64,000 nucleotides of DNA, taken from NCBI GenBank assembly GCA_963808455.1, contig CAWEHT010000143.1:89-64088 (forward strand), read 5' to 3'. Origin of the DNA: an uncultured Chloroflexia bacterium (lineage in GTDB: Bacteria; Chloroflexota; Anaerolineae; CG2-30-64-16). Each line of letters begins with the position of its first letter. The stretch's first letter is position 1. Positions 9,561 to 19,482 of the stretch are shown here, piece after piece. The translations under genes were made by a program, and so were the position numbers. Under the pieces are notes generated by a model, which was not told the origin of the DNA, ran no database searches, and saw only the letters and a list, made by a program, of their open reading frames with translations.

Positions 9561-10631
9561 ATGAACAGCCGCGAGCGAGTGTACAAGGCGTTACGCTTCG
9601 AGCAGCCCGATCGTGCGCCCAGGGATCTCTGGGCGGTGCCAGCGGTGGCCATGTTTAGGCCGCATGAACTGCAGGCCGTGCTTGAGAAGTACCCCTCGGA
9701 TATCGTATTGCCGGTAGATACGGCAGGCACCGCGGTGTCCGCAGCTGGAAATCTCGCCACACCCCGGCCAGATGAACTCGTATTCCGCTATGGCCCGGCC
9801 CGGTTGGCCCATGGGACCGCTTTTGTCGTAGGTAGCTATGTGGATGAATGGGGTTGTGTGTGGGAAGTGGGCGAAGACGGCGTTGTGGGCGAAGTCAAGC
9901 AGGCACCTCTGGCCGAATGGCGGCTGCTGGATACACTGCAGGCACCCTGGGAAGTGCTCGATGAGGCTTACTGGGAAGATGTTGACCGGGTCTGCGCTGC
10001 CACCGATAGGTTCGTTCTGATGCCGTGGCACTGCGACCCGTTCGAGCGCATGCAATTCCTGCGCGGCACCCAGAACCTGTTCATGGACCTGGCTTGGGGT
10101 GCACCTGAGGTCTACCGGCTGCGCGACTTGGTTTTCGAATTCATGAGCCGAGAGATCGAGTTGTGGTGCAAGACGGACATCGACGGCATCCGTTTTTCGG
10201 ATGATTGGGGCGCCCAGCGTAGCTTGCTTATGTCGCCAAAACTGTGGCGTGAGTTCTTTAAGCCCGGATATGCCGAGTTCTGCCGCCTTGCCCACAGCGC
10301 AGGCAAGTTCGTCTTCTGCCATTCGGACGGCAACATCAGCGCCATCTATCCTGACTTGATCGAGATCGGCGTAGACGCTCTCAATTCGCAGCTATTCTGC
10401 ATGGACCTCGAAGAGTTAGGGCGCCTGTACCGGGGCAAGCTCACTTTCTGGGGCGAGCTGGATCGCCAACGCACTTTGCCCTTCGGCACGCCGGAAGATG
10501 TGCGCCAGGATGTGCGCCGGGTAAGACGGGCGCTGGACTGCGGCAGCGGAGGCATCATCGCCCAGCTGGAATGGGGCAAGCTCGACCCACGCGAAAATGT
10601 GGAGGCGGCTTTCGAGGAGTGGACGCAGTGA
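9561..10631 (+). CDS. URO-D / MtaA-like family protein, paralog 1
   Basis: N-terminal NSRERVxxAL..QxPDRxP; HxCG-type motif (FCHSDGN); about 356 aa. Confidence 0.7.
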   Translation: MNSRERVYKALRFEQPDRAPRDLWAVPAVAMFRPHELQAVLEKYPSDIVLPVDTAGTAVSAAGNLATPRPDELVFRYGPARLAHGTAFVVGSYVDEWGCVWEVGEDGVVGEVKQAPLAEWRLLDTLQAPWEVLDEAYWEDVDRVCAATDRFVLMPWHCDPFERMQFLRGTQNLFMDLAWGAPEVYRLRDLVFEFMSREIELWCKTDIDGIRFSDDWGAQRSLLMSPKLWREFFKPGYAEFCRLAHSAGKFVFCHSDGNISAIYPDLIEIGVDALNSQLFCMDLEELGRLYRGKLTFWGELDRQRTLPFGTPEDVRQDVRRVRRALDCGSGGIIAQLEWGKLDPRENVEAAFEEWTQ

Positions 10632-10746
10632 TGAGCCAACGAACACGTCAGGCAGAAGGCTCAGCTCGAAGCCGATAGCCGCAGGAGCTTCACCACTGCA
10701 CGGATTGCGCGGAGGACAACGCCTTGGGCGTCATAGAAGGGATCTC

Positions 10747-11922
10747 ATGCCGATCAAGAGCCAAAAGGGGTTGGCAAAAACGGACCGGGTGCTGAAGGCG
10801 CTGCATCATGCGGAAGCCGACCGGGTGCCGATTTTCGAATACTACTGGACCAGCTTCATCCGACGTTGGCGGCAGGAGCTGGGCCTGGCAAAGGATGCCG
10901 ACCCATACAAGTACTACGACATCGACATTATCAACATTTCGCCCAACGTCGACCCCTGGATCCGGCCTTTCGAGATCCTCAGCCAGACCGAGGAAGAAAC
11001 GATTCTGCGCACCGGATTTGGAGCCGTGGTGCGCAAGGTTCATGCCTTTCCGATGCCTGAATACGTCTGCTTCGACACAGACACGATCGAGAAGGTGCGG
11101 TCGTTCGAGTTCGATGATCCTTGGGACGAGCGACGATACTTCCGGGGCGGCGATGATCACATCAACTGCGTGGGAGATGATGAAATCGTCCGTAACGTCG
11201 CTCCCTTTACGGAGCGCGCCCGGGAATGGGCTCCCGACATGGCCCTCTTCGGCAGCGTGCTGGAAGCCACCGAATTCATGGTCCGATCCATCGGTCAGAA
11301 GAACATGTTGCTCTGGATGGGGTTGTACCCGGAAGATATCGGGCGCTTTGCGCAACGCATCAACGAGTATTCTGTCCAGCTCGTGAAAGGCCAGGTGCAA
11401 AGTGCTGGCGGGATGCTTGACGGGTTCCTGATTGCCGGCGATGTCGCGTACGGCAAGGGGCTCTTCTTTTCGCCGGCCTACTGGCGCCGGTACTTCAAAC
11501 CCGGCCTGGCGGAAATCATAGCTACCATACATGCTTATGGTCTGCCTGTGATCTATCACGGATGCGGCAACGTCGCGGCGATACTCCCTGACTACATCGA
11601 GATCGGCTTGGATGGTTACCATCCGCTCGAGGCCAAAGCCGGGCTCGATGTCATCGAGCTTCGCCGGCGATACGGCCACAAGCTGTGCTTTGTCGGCAAC
11701 AACGATGTGCGCCTGTGGGCCGAAGGGGCTCGGGATCGTATCGCAGCCTGCACGCTGAGGAAACTCAACGCAGCCAAAGGCGGCGGCTACATCTTCGGCT
11801 CAGACCACTCCGTGCCCGGCGATGTATCCGGGGGGACTTACGACTACATCGTGTCGCTGGTCCGGCAATACGGCGACTATCCCTTACACCTGGGTGCATT
11901 CGACATGCCGGATCTCCATTAG
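10747..11922 (+). CDS. URO-D / MtaA-like family protein, paralog 2
   Basis: KTDRVLKALHHAEADRVP; YHGCGN motif. Confidence 0.7.
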   Translation: MPIKSQKGLAKTDRVLKALHHAEADRVPIFEYYWTSFIRRWRQELGLAKDADPYKYYDIDIINISPNVDPWIRPFEILSQTEEETILRTGFGAVVRKVHAFPMPEYVCFDTDTIEKVRSFEFDDPWDERRYFRGGDDHINCVGDDEIVRNVAPFTERAREWAPDMALFGSVLEATEFMVRSIGQKNMLLWMGLYPEDIGRFAQRINEYSVQLVKGQVQSAGGMLDGFLIAGDVAYGKGLFFSPAYWRRYFKPGLAEIIATIHAYGLPVIYHGCGNVAAILPDYIEIGLDGYHPLEAKAGLDVIELRRRYGHKLCFVGNNDVRLWAEGARDRIAACTLRKLNAAKGGGYIFGSDHSVPGDVSGGTYDYIVSLVRQYGDYPLHLGAFDMPDLH

Positions 11923-11931
11923 GAGGCGGCC

Positions 11932-12759
11932 ATGCTTGAGCCAGCGGTTTGTATCGACACTTTCTTCGTGGACCGGGAGTTTCTTGACCGGGTTGATGCC
12001 ACCGCGCAGGCTGGGTTCACTGCTTTTGAGTTATGGGGCTGGGAAGGCCGTGACATAGCGGCGATGGCCGAACGGCAGCGTTATCATGGGCTGACCGTGG
12101 AGAATATCAACGTCACACCTGTTCTCTATCTTCTGGAGGACCCGGACATGGCGCTGGCCGCCCAGGCCGTGCGCGATACCTGCCGGGTGGCGAAACAACT
12201 GGGATGTCCACGGATCACGCTGCACGGTGACCACGTGGGGTGGGGCCCGGGGCGGCCCTGGTACGTCGAGATGGAGAGCGTGGAGGGACGCGAGCGCTAC
12301 CTGCGGCGGCGCGATGTGATGGTTCAGTCCATCCGTGCGCTTATGCCGATTGCGGCCAATGAGGGGCTGACCATGATGTTGGAGCCCCTCAACACTGTTG
12401 TCGACCATCGCAACTATTTCCTGGGTTCTGCAGAGCAGGCGCTGGACGTGATCCGACGGGTAGATCACCCTGCCTTGAAGCTGCTGTTCGATATCTACCA
12501 CATGCAGATCGCGCAAGGCAACGTAACCGATACGAGCGTGCACGCCATCGATCATATTGGCCACCTGCACGTAGCGGATGTGCCGGGCCGGCACGAGCCG
12601 GGCACGGGGGAACTGAACTTCGCCAACATCTTGCGGGCCGTGCGCTGCGCCGGCTATCGGGGAGCGGTGGGGCTGGAGCTTTACCCGCTGCGCGACGACC
12701 TGGCAGCCCTGCGTGCCTGTCGGGCGACCATCGACGCCGCCTTGCTCGACGCGGCCTGA
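11932..12759 (+). CDS. sugar phosphate isomerase/epimerase (xylose-isomerase-like TIM barrel; hydroxypyruvate-isomerase-like)
   Basis: TIM-barrel metal-binding pattern (ELW..E, HLHVAD, E). Confidence 0.7.
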   Translation: MLEPAVCIDTFFVDREFLDRVDATAQAGFTAFELWGWEGRDIAAMAERQRYHGLTVENINVTPVLYLLEDPDMALAAQAVRDTCRVAKQLGCPRITLHGDHVGWGPGRPWYVEMESVEGRERYLRRRDVMVQSIRALMPIAANEGLTMMLEPLNTVVDHRNYFLGSAEQALDVIRRVDHPALKLLFDIYHMQIAQGNVTDTSVHAIDHIGHLHVADVPGRHEPGTGELNFANILRAVRCAGYRGAVGLELYPLRDDLAALRACRATIDAALLDAA

Positions 12760-12801
12760 CAGGCTTTCGCAGCCTGGAAAGAGGCCCAAGGGGGGCCGAT
12801 A

Positions 12802-13725
12802 ATGATCGTTGATGCTCACGTGCACATCTTTGACCGGCTGAGCGGGTTCACCGCGCAAGGCTTCGCCACTCCGCTGCCTTACGGGCGGGCGCGCCTGGGC
12901 TCGGGCGAGATCCGCCGGTTCCTGCCGCCGCTGGCCCCCGAAACCGCCTTTCCCGCCGAGACCGCCTTGGAATACCTGGATTGGGCTGGCGTAGACAAGG
13001 CCGTGTTGCTCCAGGGGCCGTGGTACGGTGACATGAACCAGTATGTTGCGGCTGCGGTCCGCCGCTGGCCGGATCGCTTCATCGGCGCAGCGCTCATCGA
13101 TCCCTGGTTGCCCTCCGGCTCGCAGTCACTGACCTGGCTAATCGAGGATCTGGGTTTCCGGATCTTCAAGCTCGAACTCACCGAGGACGCGGGATTGTGT
13201 GGCATCCATCCTGACCTGGACCTCGCCAGCGAGCGGCTGGTTTGGCTGTGGGAAGCAGTTGACCAGGCGGGGCTGACAGTGACGCTGGATCTCGGCCAGC
13301 CCGGCAGCCGGTCCTTTCAGACAAGCGCTGTGCGCCAGTTGATCGACCGCTACCCCCATGTCCGATGGGTTATCGCCCACCTGTGCCAACCCTCGCCGCG
13401 CGTTCTCGCAGATCCGGAGGTGGAGCGACTGTGGCTGGAGCAGGTAGCACTAGCGGAGCGCCCGCGTGTCTGGCTGGACCTGGCCTCGCTACCCTATTAC
13501 TTCCAGGACGAGGGCTATCCCCATCCCGGTCTGGCTCGCGCATTTCGGACCGCGGCCGGTCGCGTGGGACCTGACAGGCTGCTTTGGGGCACGGATATCC
13601 CAGGTGCCTTGACCGGCCACACCTACCCGCAGTTATTGGAACTGTGCCGGGGGCAGTGCGAGACGCTAGGCCAGGGCGCGGCGCAATTGGTGCTGGGTAC
13701 GAACGCACTGGCGGCATATGGCTGA
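12802..13725 (+). CDS. amidohydrolase-2 family protein (sugar-lactonase / decarboxylase-type)
   Basis: N-terminal MIVDAHVHIF metal-binding HxH; about 307 aa. Confidence 0.7.
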   Translation: MIVDAHVHIFDRLSGFTAQGFATPLPYGRARLGSGEIRRFLPPLAPETAFPAETALEYLDWAGVDKAVLLQGPWYGDMNQYVAAAVRRWPDRFIGAALIDPWLPSGSQSLTWLIEDLGFRIFKLELTEDAGLCGIHPDLDLASERLVWLWEAVDQAGLTVTLDLGQPGSRSFQTSAVRQLIDRYPHVRWVIAHLCQPSPRVLADPEVERLWLEQVALAERPRVWLDLASLPYYFQDEGYPHPGLARAFRTAAGRVGPDRLLWGTDIPGALTGHTYPQLLELCRGQCETLGQGAAQLVLGTNALAAYG

Positions 13726-13796
13726 GGCCGATCTGTAGGACAATTTGAGGAGTTCCTGGCGCTGGCCCGGTAACCTCGGGTTGGGGAGACTTGTCT

Positions 13797-14915
13797 ATGG
13801 AGACCTCGCGCGAGCGAGTGCTGAAAGCCATCCGCCATATTCAGCCGGAAGTGACGCCGATCCACATCATGGGGATCGATCCCCTGCCCCAGTGGCTTGC
13901 GCATTTCGGGGCGCACGACTACGTAGACCTGCGCGAGAAGCTGGACCTGGATCTGCAGGCGGCGCGGGTCGTGTACTGTGGTGAGAATGGCCGCCGCGGC
14001 CTGAGTGCCCTCGGGCTGGCGGACGAAGGGGCTGGCTCGGCAGGGGCTGGCTACTCTATGGGGCGCGGCAGCTTCCCGCTTGCCGGTGCCCGTTCGGTCA
14101 CTGAAGTCCGTGCGTACCCATGGCCTGGCCCGGGCGACTTCGATTACGCAGCGGCGGCAGAGGCGCTGCGCGGCATCTCGTCAGACCGTGCGCGCTGGGC
14201 GAAGACCCAGTACACGGTCGAAGAGTCAGGCAAGCCGCATGCCCAGTCCGCGCGCAACGGCGGGCCGTGGCTGCCTTACATCTGCTCGGCTTTCAATTTA
14301 TTTGGCATCGATGAGACGCTGGTGCGTATGAAGACGGAGCCGACCATCATCGAAGCCGCGCTGGACCAGATCGAGGCGTTCGTCTACGAGTTCAGCAGGC
14401 GCATGCTGGAGGCGACCCGCGGGCTGGTCGATATCTTCTACTTTGGCGACGACTTCGCCACACAGCGTAGCATGCTCTTCTCGCCCAAGGACTGGCGGCG
14501 CTTCCTCAAATCCCGCTACCAGCGGCTGTTCGCACTGGCGAAGTCCTACGGGCTGTATGTCTGGTTTCACAGTTGCGGCACCTTTCGCCCGGTGCTGTCG
14601 GACCTGATTGAGATCGGCATGGACGTGTGGGAGACGGTGCAAGTGCACTTGCCGGGCAACGAGCCAGAAGTGCTAAAGCGGGAATACGGCAAGGACCTGG
14701 CCTTCTACGGCGCGGTCAGCACTCAGAAGACCCTGCCCTTCGGGACGCCGCTCGAAGTACGGGCGGAAGTGCGCGAGCGTATCCGAGTATTGGGCAAGGG
14801 CGGCGGCTACATTTGCGGCAGTGATCATTCCATCCTGCCCGACGTCCCCATCGACAACGTCCTGGCGATGCTGGACGAGGCGAGGAGATTCCGATTCGAG
14901 GACAGGCTCCCATGA
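13797..14915 (+). CDS. URO-D / MtaA-like family protein, paralog 3
   Basis: SRERVLKAIRHIQPEVTP; FHSCGT motif; ICGSDHS. Confidence 0.7.
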   Translation: METSRERVLKAIRHIQPEVTPIHIMGIDPLPQWLAHFGAHDYVDLREKLDLDLQAARVVYCGENGRRGLSALGLADEGAGSAGAGYSMGRGSFPLAGARSVTEVRAYPWPGPGDFDYAAAAEALRGISSDRARWAKTQYTVEESGKPHAQSARNGGPWLPYICSAFNLFGIDETLVRMKTEPTIIEAALDQIEAFVYEFSRRMLEATRGLVDIFYFGDDFATQRSMLFSPKDWRRFLKSRYQRLFALAKSYGLYVWFHSCGTFRPVLSDLIEIGMDVWETVQVHLPGNEPEVLKREYGKDLAFYGAVSTQKTLPFGTPLEVRAEVRERIRVLGKGGGYICGSDHSILPDVPIDNVLAMLDEARRFRFEDRLP

Positions 14916-16183
14916 ACTCGCGCGAGCGCGTTATCGCCGCCATCCACCACCAACCGCCGGACCGGGTGCCGATCGACCTGGGAGGCACCCAGGCTACCGG
15001 CATCAATGTAACGGCCTACTCAGGGCTACGCCAGGCGCTTGGGCTGTGCCGGCGCCCGTCGCGCGTCTTCGACGTTTTCGGTATGTTGGCCGAAGTCGAA
15101 CCTGATGTCCTTGCCGCAACGGGTGGAGATGTTGCGATGGTGCCTGCTCTGGCGCCTCGCTTTGACATCCCGGTTGCCTCCTTCAAACCTTGGCGTCTGC
15201 CTAGCGGCCTCCCGGTCGAGGTTCCCGAGGGCTTGGAGACGGCATTGGATGACGATGAGGGCTTGCTCCTCATGGTGGCTGGGCGAGCGGTCGGCAAGAT
15301 GCCGAAAGGTGGCTTCTACTTCTCTGAGCTGGCCAACGCCACCATGGGCGGTCTGGATGCCCTGAGAGAACCGCCGGACCCCGATACCGTCAGCTTCCCT
15401 CTGCTGACCGATGAGGACTTGTGTTTCCGCCAGGAGGGTGCCCAACGGCTGCGCCAGGAGACCGATAAGGCGTTGGTCATCGACCTGACCGATAACTGCC
15501 GCTGGGACACCTCCATACCCAACTGGCTCTATGCCATGGCCTCCGACCCTGGCCGTACGGCTGAGCTACACGCGAAGAAGGTGGAGAACTTGCTGGCCAA
15601 AGTGCAGCAGCTGGCCCAGGCTGTGGAGCCCGACGTAGAAGTGTTTGCCATCTACCAGGACTACGGCACGCAGAGGGGCGAGATGGTGGCGCCAGCCACA
15701 TTTGCCCGCCTGATTGCGCCCCATTACCGGGTTCTCTTCGACTGGATCCACCAACATACGCATTGGAAGGTGTTCTTCCATTCTTGTGGCTCAATCTATC
15801 GCCTGATCCCACACATGATCGAGATGGGAGTTGACATCTTGAACCCGCTGCAATCCAACGCGGCCAGAATGGAGCCCGCTCGCCTGAAAGCCGAGTTTGG
15901 CGATCGCCTGGTGTTCTGGGGCGGCGGCGCAGACACGCAAACGACATTGCCCTTCGGCACACCTGATGACGTGCGGGAGCAGGTTGCGCAACGGATAGGG
16001 GTCCTGGGTCGCAACGGGGCCTATGTCTTTGCGCCAACCCAAGATATCCAGGCTGATGTGCCGCCTGAGAACCTGGTGGCGATGTATGCAGCCGCGCAGA
16101 AGCATGGGGTCTACCCGTTGGCGCCCCACGCGCCGGGATTAGAGCCGGAATCTGACAACGGCTTGAGCGAGGCAGTTTGTTGA
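14912..16183 (+). CDS. URO-D / MtaA-like family protein, paralog 4
   Basis: MNSRERVIAAIHHQPPDRVPID; FHSCGS motif; ATGA overlap with paralog 3. Confidence 0.7.
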   Translation: MNSRERVIAAIHHQPPDRVPIDLGGTQATGINVTAYSGLRQALGLCRRPSRVFDVFGMLAEVEPDVLAATGGDVAMVPALAPRFDIPVASFKPWRLPSGLPVEVPEGLETALDDDEGLLLMVAGRAVGKMPKGGFYFSELANATMGGLDALREPPDPDTVSFPLLTDEDLCFRQEGAQRLRQETDKALVIDLTDNCRWDTSIPNWLYAMASDPGRTAELHAKKVENLLAKVQQLAQAVEPDVEVFAIYQDYGTQRGEMVAPATFARLIAPHYRVLFDWIHQHTHWKVFFHSCGSIYRLIPHMIEMGVDILNPLQSNAARMEPARLKAEFGDRLVFWGGGADTQTTLPFGTPDDVREQVAQRIGVLGRNGAYVFAPTQDIQADVPPENLVAMYAAAQKHGVYPLAPHAPGLEPESDNGLSEAVC

Positions 16184-17334
16184 ACTCACGTGTACGGATA
16201 TTGACGGCGCTAAACCACCAGGAGCCCGATCGCTTGCCGTTCGATCTGGGGGGCACTGTGGCATCGGGTATGCACGTCCACGCATACCGGCAGCTACGCC
16301 ACTACCTCGCGTTACCCGAGGTGCCGATACGCTTGGAGCAGGTCCACTCTCAAATGGCGAGGTTGGACGATGATCTGCTCGATCGGCTCGGCGTGGATAC
16401 CCGCTTTATCGGCCGGCGGTCCACCACCCCCGAACTCATCCACCCCCAGCTCGCTGGTGACTACCTCACCTACGAGGACGAATGGGGCATTGGCTGGCGC
16501 ATGCCGGCGCTGGGGGGACTCTACTTCGATGCCTATCTGCACCCCTTCGATGTGGACGACATCAGGGAGCCGCTGGCCGCCTTCCGTTGGCCGGATGCCC
16601 GTGATCCTTGGCGCTTTGAGCTGTTGCGGGCGCAAGCCGAGGAAGCGCGAGCCAAGGGCAAAGCCACAATCCTTCTCGGCCTCTGCGCTGGCACCACCGA
16701 ACAGTACACCTCCCTCCGTGGGTACCTGCGCTACTACACGGACATGGGCGCCGACACTCAAAATGCGGAGTTCTTCCTGGACAAGATGCTGGAGCTCAAG
16801 GCTGCATTCTGGCAGCAAGCTCTGGACCGGGTAGGAGACCTGATCGATGTCGTAAACGAGAGCGATGACTTGGCCGGCCAGCAGTCGATGCTTATGTCTC
16901 TCAAAGCCTACCGCAAGCTGGTGAAGCCCCGGCACCGTGAGCTGTTCGCGACCATCAAGCGCTCGGCGCCGCATGTCAAGCTGCTCCTGCACTCTTGCGG
17001 CGCTATGCGGCCCGTGATCCCGGATCTTATCGAGATCGGGGTGGATATTCTCAATCCCATTCAGTTGGGCGCCCAAGGGATGGATGGCGCCGGGTTGAAG
17101 CGCGATTTTGGCAAGGATCTGGTATTCTGGGGCGGTGGTGTGGATACGCAGGCCACGCTCGTCCGCGGCACCCCCGACGAGGTGCGCGCCGAGGTGCGCC
17201 GGAACATCGAGACGCTGGCACCGGGCGGCGGGTATGTCTTTGCCGCCCAACATGTCATCCAGCCCGATGTACGGCCCGAGAATTTCATGGCGATGTGGGA
17301 AACACTCCAGCAGTATGGCGGTCGTGCCTGGTAA
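16177..17334 (+). CDS. URO-D / MtaA-like family protein, paralog 5 (TTG start)
   Basis: LNSRVRILTALNHQEPDRLPFD; LHSCGA motif. Confidence 0.7.
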   Translation: MLNSRVRILTALNHQEPDRLPFDLGGTVASGMHVHAYRQLRHYLALPEVPIRLEQVHSQMARLDDDLLDRLGVDTRFIGRRSTTPELIHPQLAGDYLTYEDEWGIGWRMPALGGLYFDAYLHPFDVDDIREPLAAFRWPDARDPWRFELLRAQAEEARAKGKATILLGLCAGTTEQYTSLRGYLRYYTDMGADTQNAEFFLDKMLELKAAFWQQALDRVGDLIDVVNESDDLAGQQSMLMSLKAYRKLVKPRHRELFATIKRSAPHVKLLLHSCGAMRPVIPDLIEIGVDILNPIQLGAQGMDGAGLKRDFGKDLVFWGGGVDTQATLVRGTPDEVRAEVRRNIETLAPGGGYVFAAQHVIQPDVRPENFMAMWETLQQYGGRAW

Positions 17335-17473
17335 GACGGACGGCATCGAGGGACGGATTAGTCGCTGGTCATCTGCCTGAACAGGCATCCAACTTGCGGC
17401 TCCTTCTGATTGCAGGATCCGGTCGCTGCGTAGCGGCCTTTTGCTTCGAATTCATGATTCTAGGGAGGTTGAC

Positions 17474-18577
17474 ATGGTAACGGACGGCAACCTGCTGGCG
17501 ACAAACCAGCCTGATCTATGGTTTGAGGATAACGCGGTCGGACGCATGAAGAGGGAGCTTTGGGTTGCGTCCGACGAAGAGATCGATGCGGTTCTGGCAG
17601 AGTACCAGATGCCGCTACCCTGCGAATGGGCCAAGCCCGGATCGTACATCCAGACAACTGTCCGCCATGAAGTGGAAGCGAACCGCCGCAGAAACGACAT
17701 CGTGCTGATTCCGGTGGGCTGCACAGAAAACCATGGCCGGCACATGGTGAGCGCGGCCGACACGCTCTATGTGAGCCAGATCTGCGAGGGCGTACGCCGT
17801 TACACAGCCAGCCGAGGTGCGGCGGTGAACCTCGCGCTCCCGCCCCTGATGTATGGAGGTCACCCTTACCACCACGTCGGGATGCCGGGTACCGTTATTC
17901 TGCGAGAGACTGTCGTGCGCGAGCTCATGATCGATGTCATGCTCGGCCTTTGGAATGACGGCTTCCGCAAGCAGATCATCGTGAACAATCATGGGCAACT
18001 GTGGATACTGGAGTCAGCGATCCAAGAGTTCATGAAACGCTATCAGTTGCCCGGCATCTTCCAGGTGTTAGACTGGCATCGGGCCGTGCGTGAATTCTTC
18101 CGGACCACAGATGCTGGTGGCCAATACGATACACCCTTCATCCATGCCGACGAATCGGAAACGTCGTTGTCGCTCTTTCTTTACCCGGAAATGGTCGATA
18201 TGGCTTACGCCGTCGATACCGAGAGTAAGCAGTACTTACCTGCAGGGCACTTCGATACTTCCGTGGATTCCTACCGCCGTCCCCACCGCTGGAGCGAGGG
18301 CGAAGGGCATTTCGCGATCGAGATCAAGGGCACGCCGGAGGGGGTGGTCGGCAAGGCGACCGGCGGCAACGCCCAAAAGGCCAAGCGCCCCCTGGCCGCC
18401 ATCCTGCGCTACCTGACTCTGGTCAACGACGAGATCCTGGCTCGATTCCCTGCTGGCGCAGTACCGCCTGTGGAAGAAGTGACGCTGCGCAGCGCGGAGG
18501 AGCTGGAGCCCTACTTGCGTGAACCACTCAGTCCCGGCTGGAAGTCCGTCTATGGCCTTCCGAGGATCGGAGCATAG
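17474..18577 (+). CDS. creatininase-family amidohydrolase-like protein
   Basis: IVLIPVGCTENHGRH signature; RBS GGGAGG 5 nt before the ATG at 17474. Confidence 0.6.
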   Translation: MVTDGNLLATNQPDLWFEDNAVGRMKRELWVASDEEIDAVLAEYQMPLPCEWAKPGSYIQTTVRHEVEANRRRNDIVLIPVGCTENHGRHMVSAADTLYVSQICEGVRRYTASRGAAVNLALPPLMYGGHPYHHVGMPGTVILRETVVRELMIDVMLGLWNDGFRKQIIVNNHGQLWILESAIQEFMKRYQLPGIFQVLDWHRAVREFFRTTDAGGQYDTPFIHADESETSLSLFLYPEMVDMAYAVDTESKQYLPAGHFDTSVDSYRRPHRWSEGEGHFAIEIKGTPEGVVGKATGGNAQKAKRPLAAILRYLTLVNDEILARFPAGAVPPVEEVTLRSAEELEPYLREPLSPGWKSVYGLPRIGA

Positions 18578-18595
18578 CTCAAGGGGAGGCGGCGC

Positions 18596-19414
18596 GTGAA
18601 ACTGTCATTTACTGCGACGCCAAAGGCTTCTACTTTCGCGCCCATTCTATGGCGTGGCGATCCAGTCACGACGTTTGATCTTGCGACGGAACTCGGGTAC
18701 GAAGGCGTCGAGTGGCACCTCCGCGAGCCCGACGATATCGATGCCGAAGCAGTTTGTGCCCTGCAACAGGCAACGCGGCTGGGTGTGCCGACCATTGGCA
18801 CGGGGTTGGCCGCGGGGGTGGATGGGTTGACGTTCGCGGATGCAGATCCGGAAGTACGCCGCCGGGCAACCGCACGAGTCAAGGCGCATATCCAGTTGGC
18901 AGCGCGATGGCGGTCAGCTGTGACCATCGGCCTGATCTGGGGACGTGTGGGCAATGAGCCGCGCGAGCGGGCGGCCCGGATCGAAGCGGCTACGGAATGT
19001 CTGGCCGAATGCTGTCGGGCAGCAGCAGATGCGAATGTGACAGTGCTCCTCGAGCCGCTGAACCGTTACGAATCGGACTATCCGAACAGGCTGGACCAAG
19101 GGCTTGAGATTGTGGCAGCCGTGGGCGCCACCAACCTGAAGCTACTTGCCGACACCTTCCATATGAATATTGAGGAGCAGAGCATCGATGATGCTTTGCT
19201 CCGTGCGGCGCCCTATCTGGGTCACGTCCACCTGGTGGACTCGAACCGGCGGGCTCCTGGTGATGGCCATCTGGACATGGAGAGCATTCTCCATACGCTT
19301 GTCGAGATCGGATTTCAGGAATATCTGTCTTTCGAAGTCTTGCCGCTCCCGAACGCGCATCAGGCAGCGCAGTGTGCCTTGAGCCGGATCCGCAGATTAT
19401 TGGAGCGCAACTGA
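18596..19414 (+). CDS. sugar phosphate isomerase/epimerase (xylose-isomerase-like TIM barrel), copy 2 (GTG start)
   Basis: EWHLRE, HVHLVDSNRRAPGDGHLD, FE metal-site pattern; RBS AAGGGGAGG. Confidence 0.7.
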   Translation: MKLSFTATPKASTFAPILWRGDPVTTFDLATELGYEGVEWHLREPDDIDAEAVCALQQATRLGVPTIGTGLAAGVDGLTFADADPEVRRRATARVKAHIQLAARWRSAVTIGLIWGRVGNEPRERAARIEAATECLAECCRAAADANVTVLLEPLNRYESDYPNRLDQGLEIVAAVGATNLKLLADTFHMNIEEQSIDDALLRAAPYLGHVHLVDSNRRAPGDGHLDMESILHTLVEIGFQEYLSFEVLPLPNAHQAAQCALSRIRRLLERN

Positions 19415-19482
19415 CATGACCGCTTCCCGCTCCGCTTGCGGGGACGCTAGGCAGCTCAGCTTCACAAGAAAGGTGCGTCAAG

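Noticed and set aside
9561-17334. Calling the five URO-D-family genes hemE (haem biosynthesis)
   Set aside because: There are five tandem paralogs; all carry an HxCG motif absent from HemE; they are embedded in a transporter and catabolic island with no other hem genes.
17474-18577. Creatininase-family gene as evidence of creatinine or mycofactocin metabolism
   Set aside because: The family also covers ArfB-type formamide hydrolases and uncharacterised amidohydrolases; no mftABCDF or creatine genes nearby; kept as a family-level call only.
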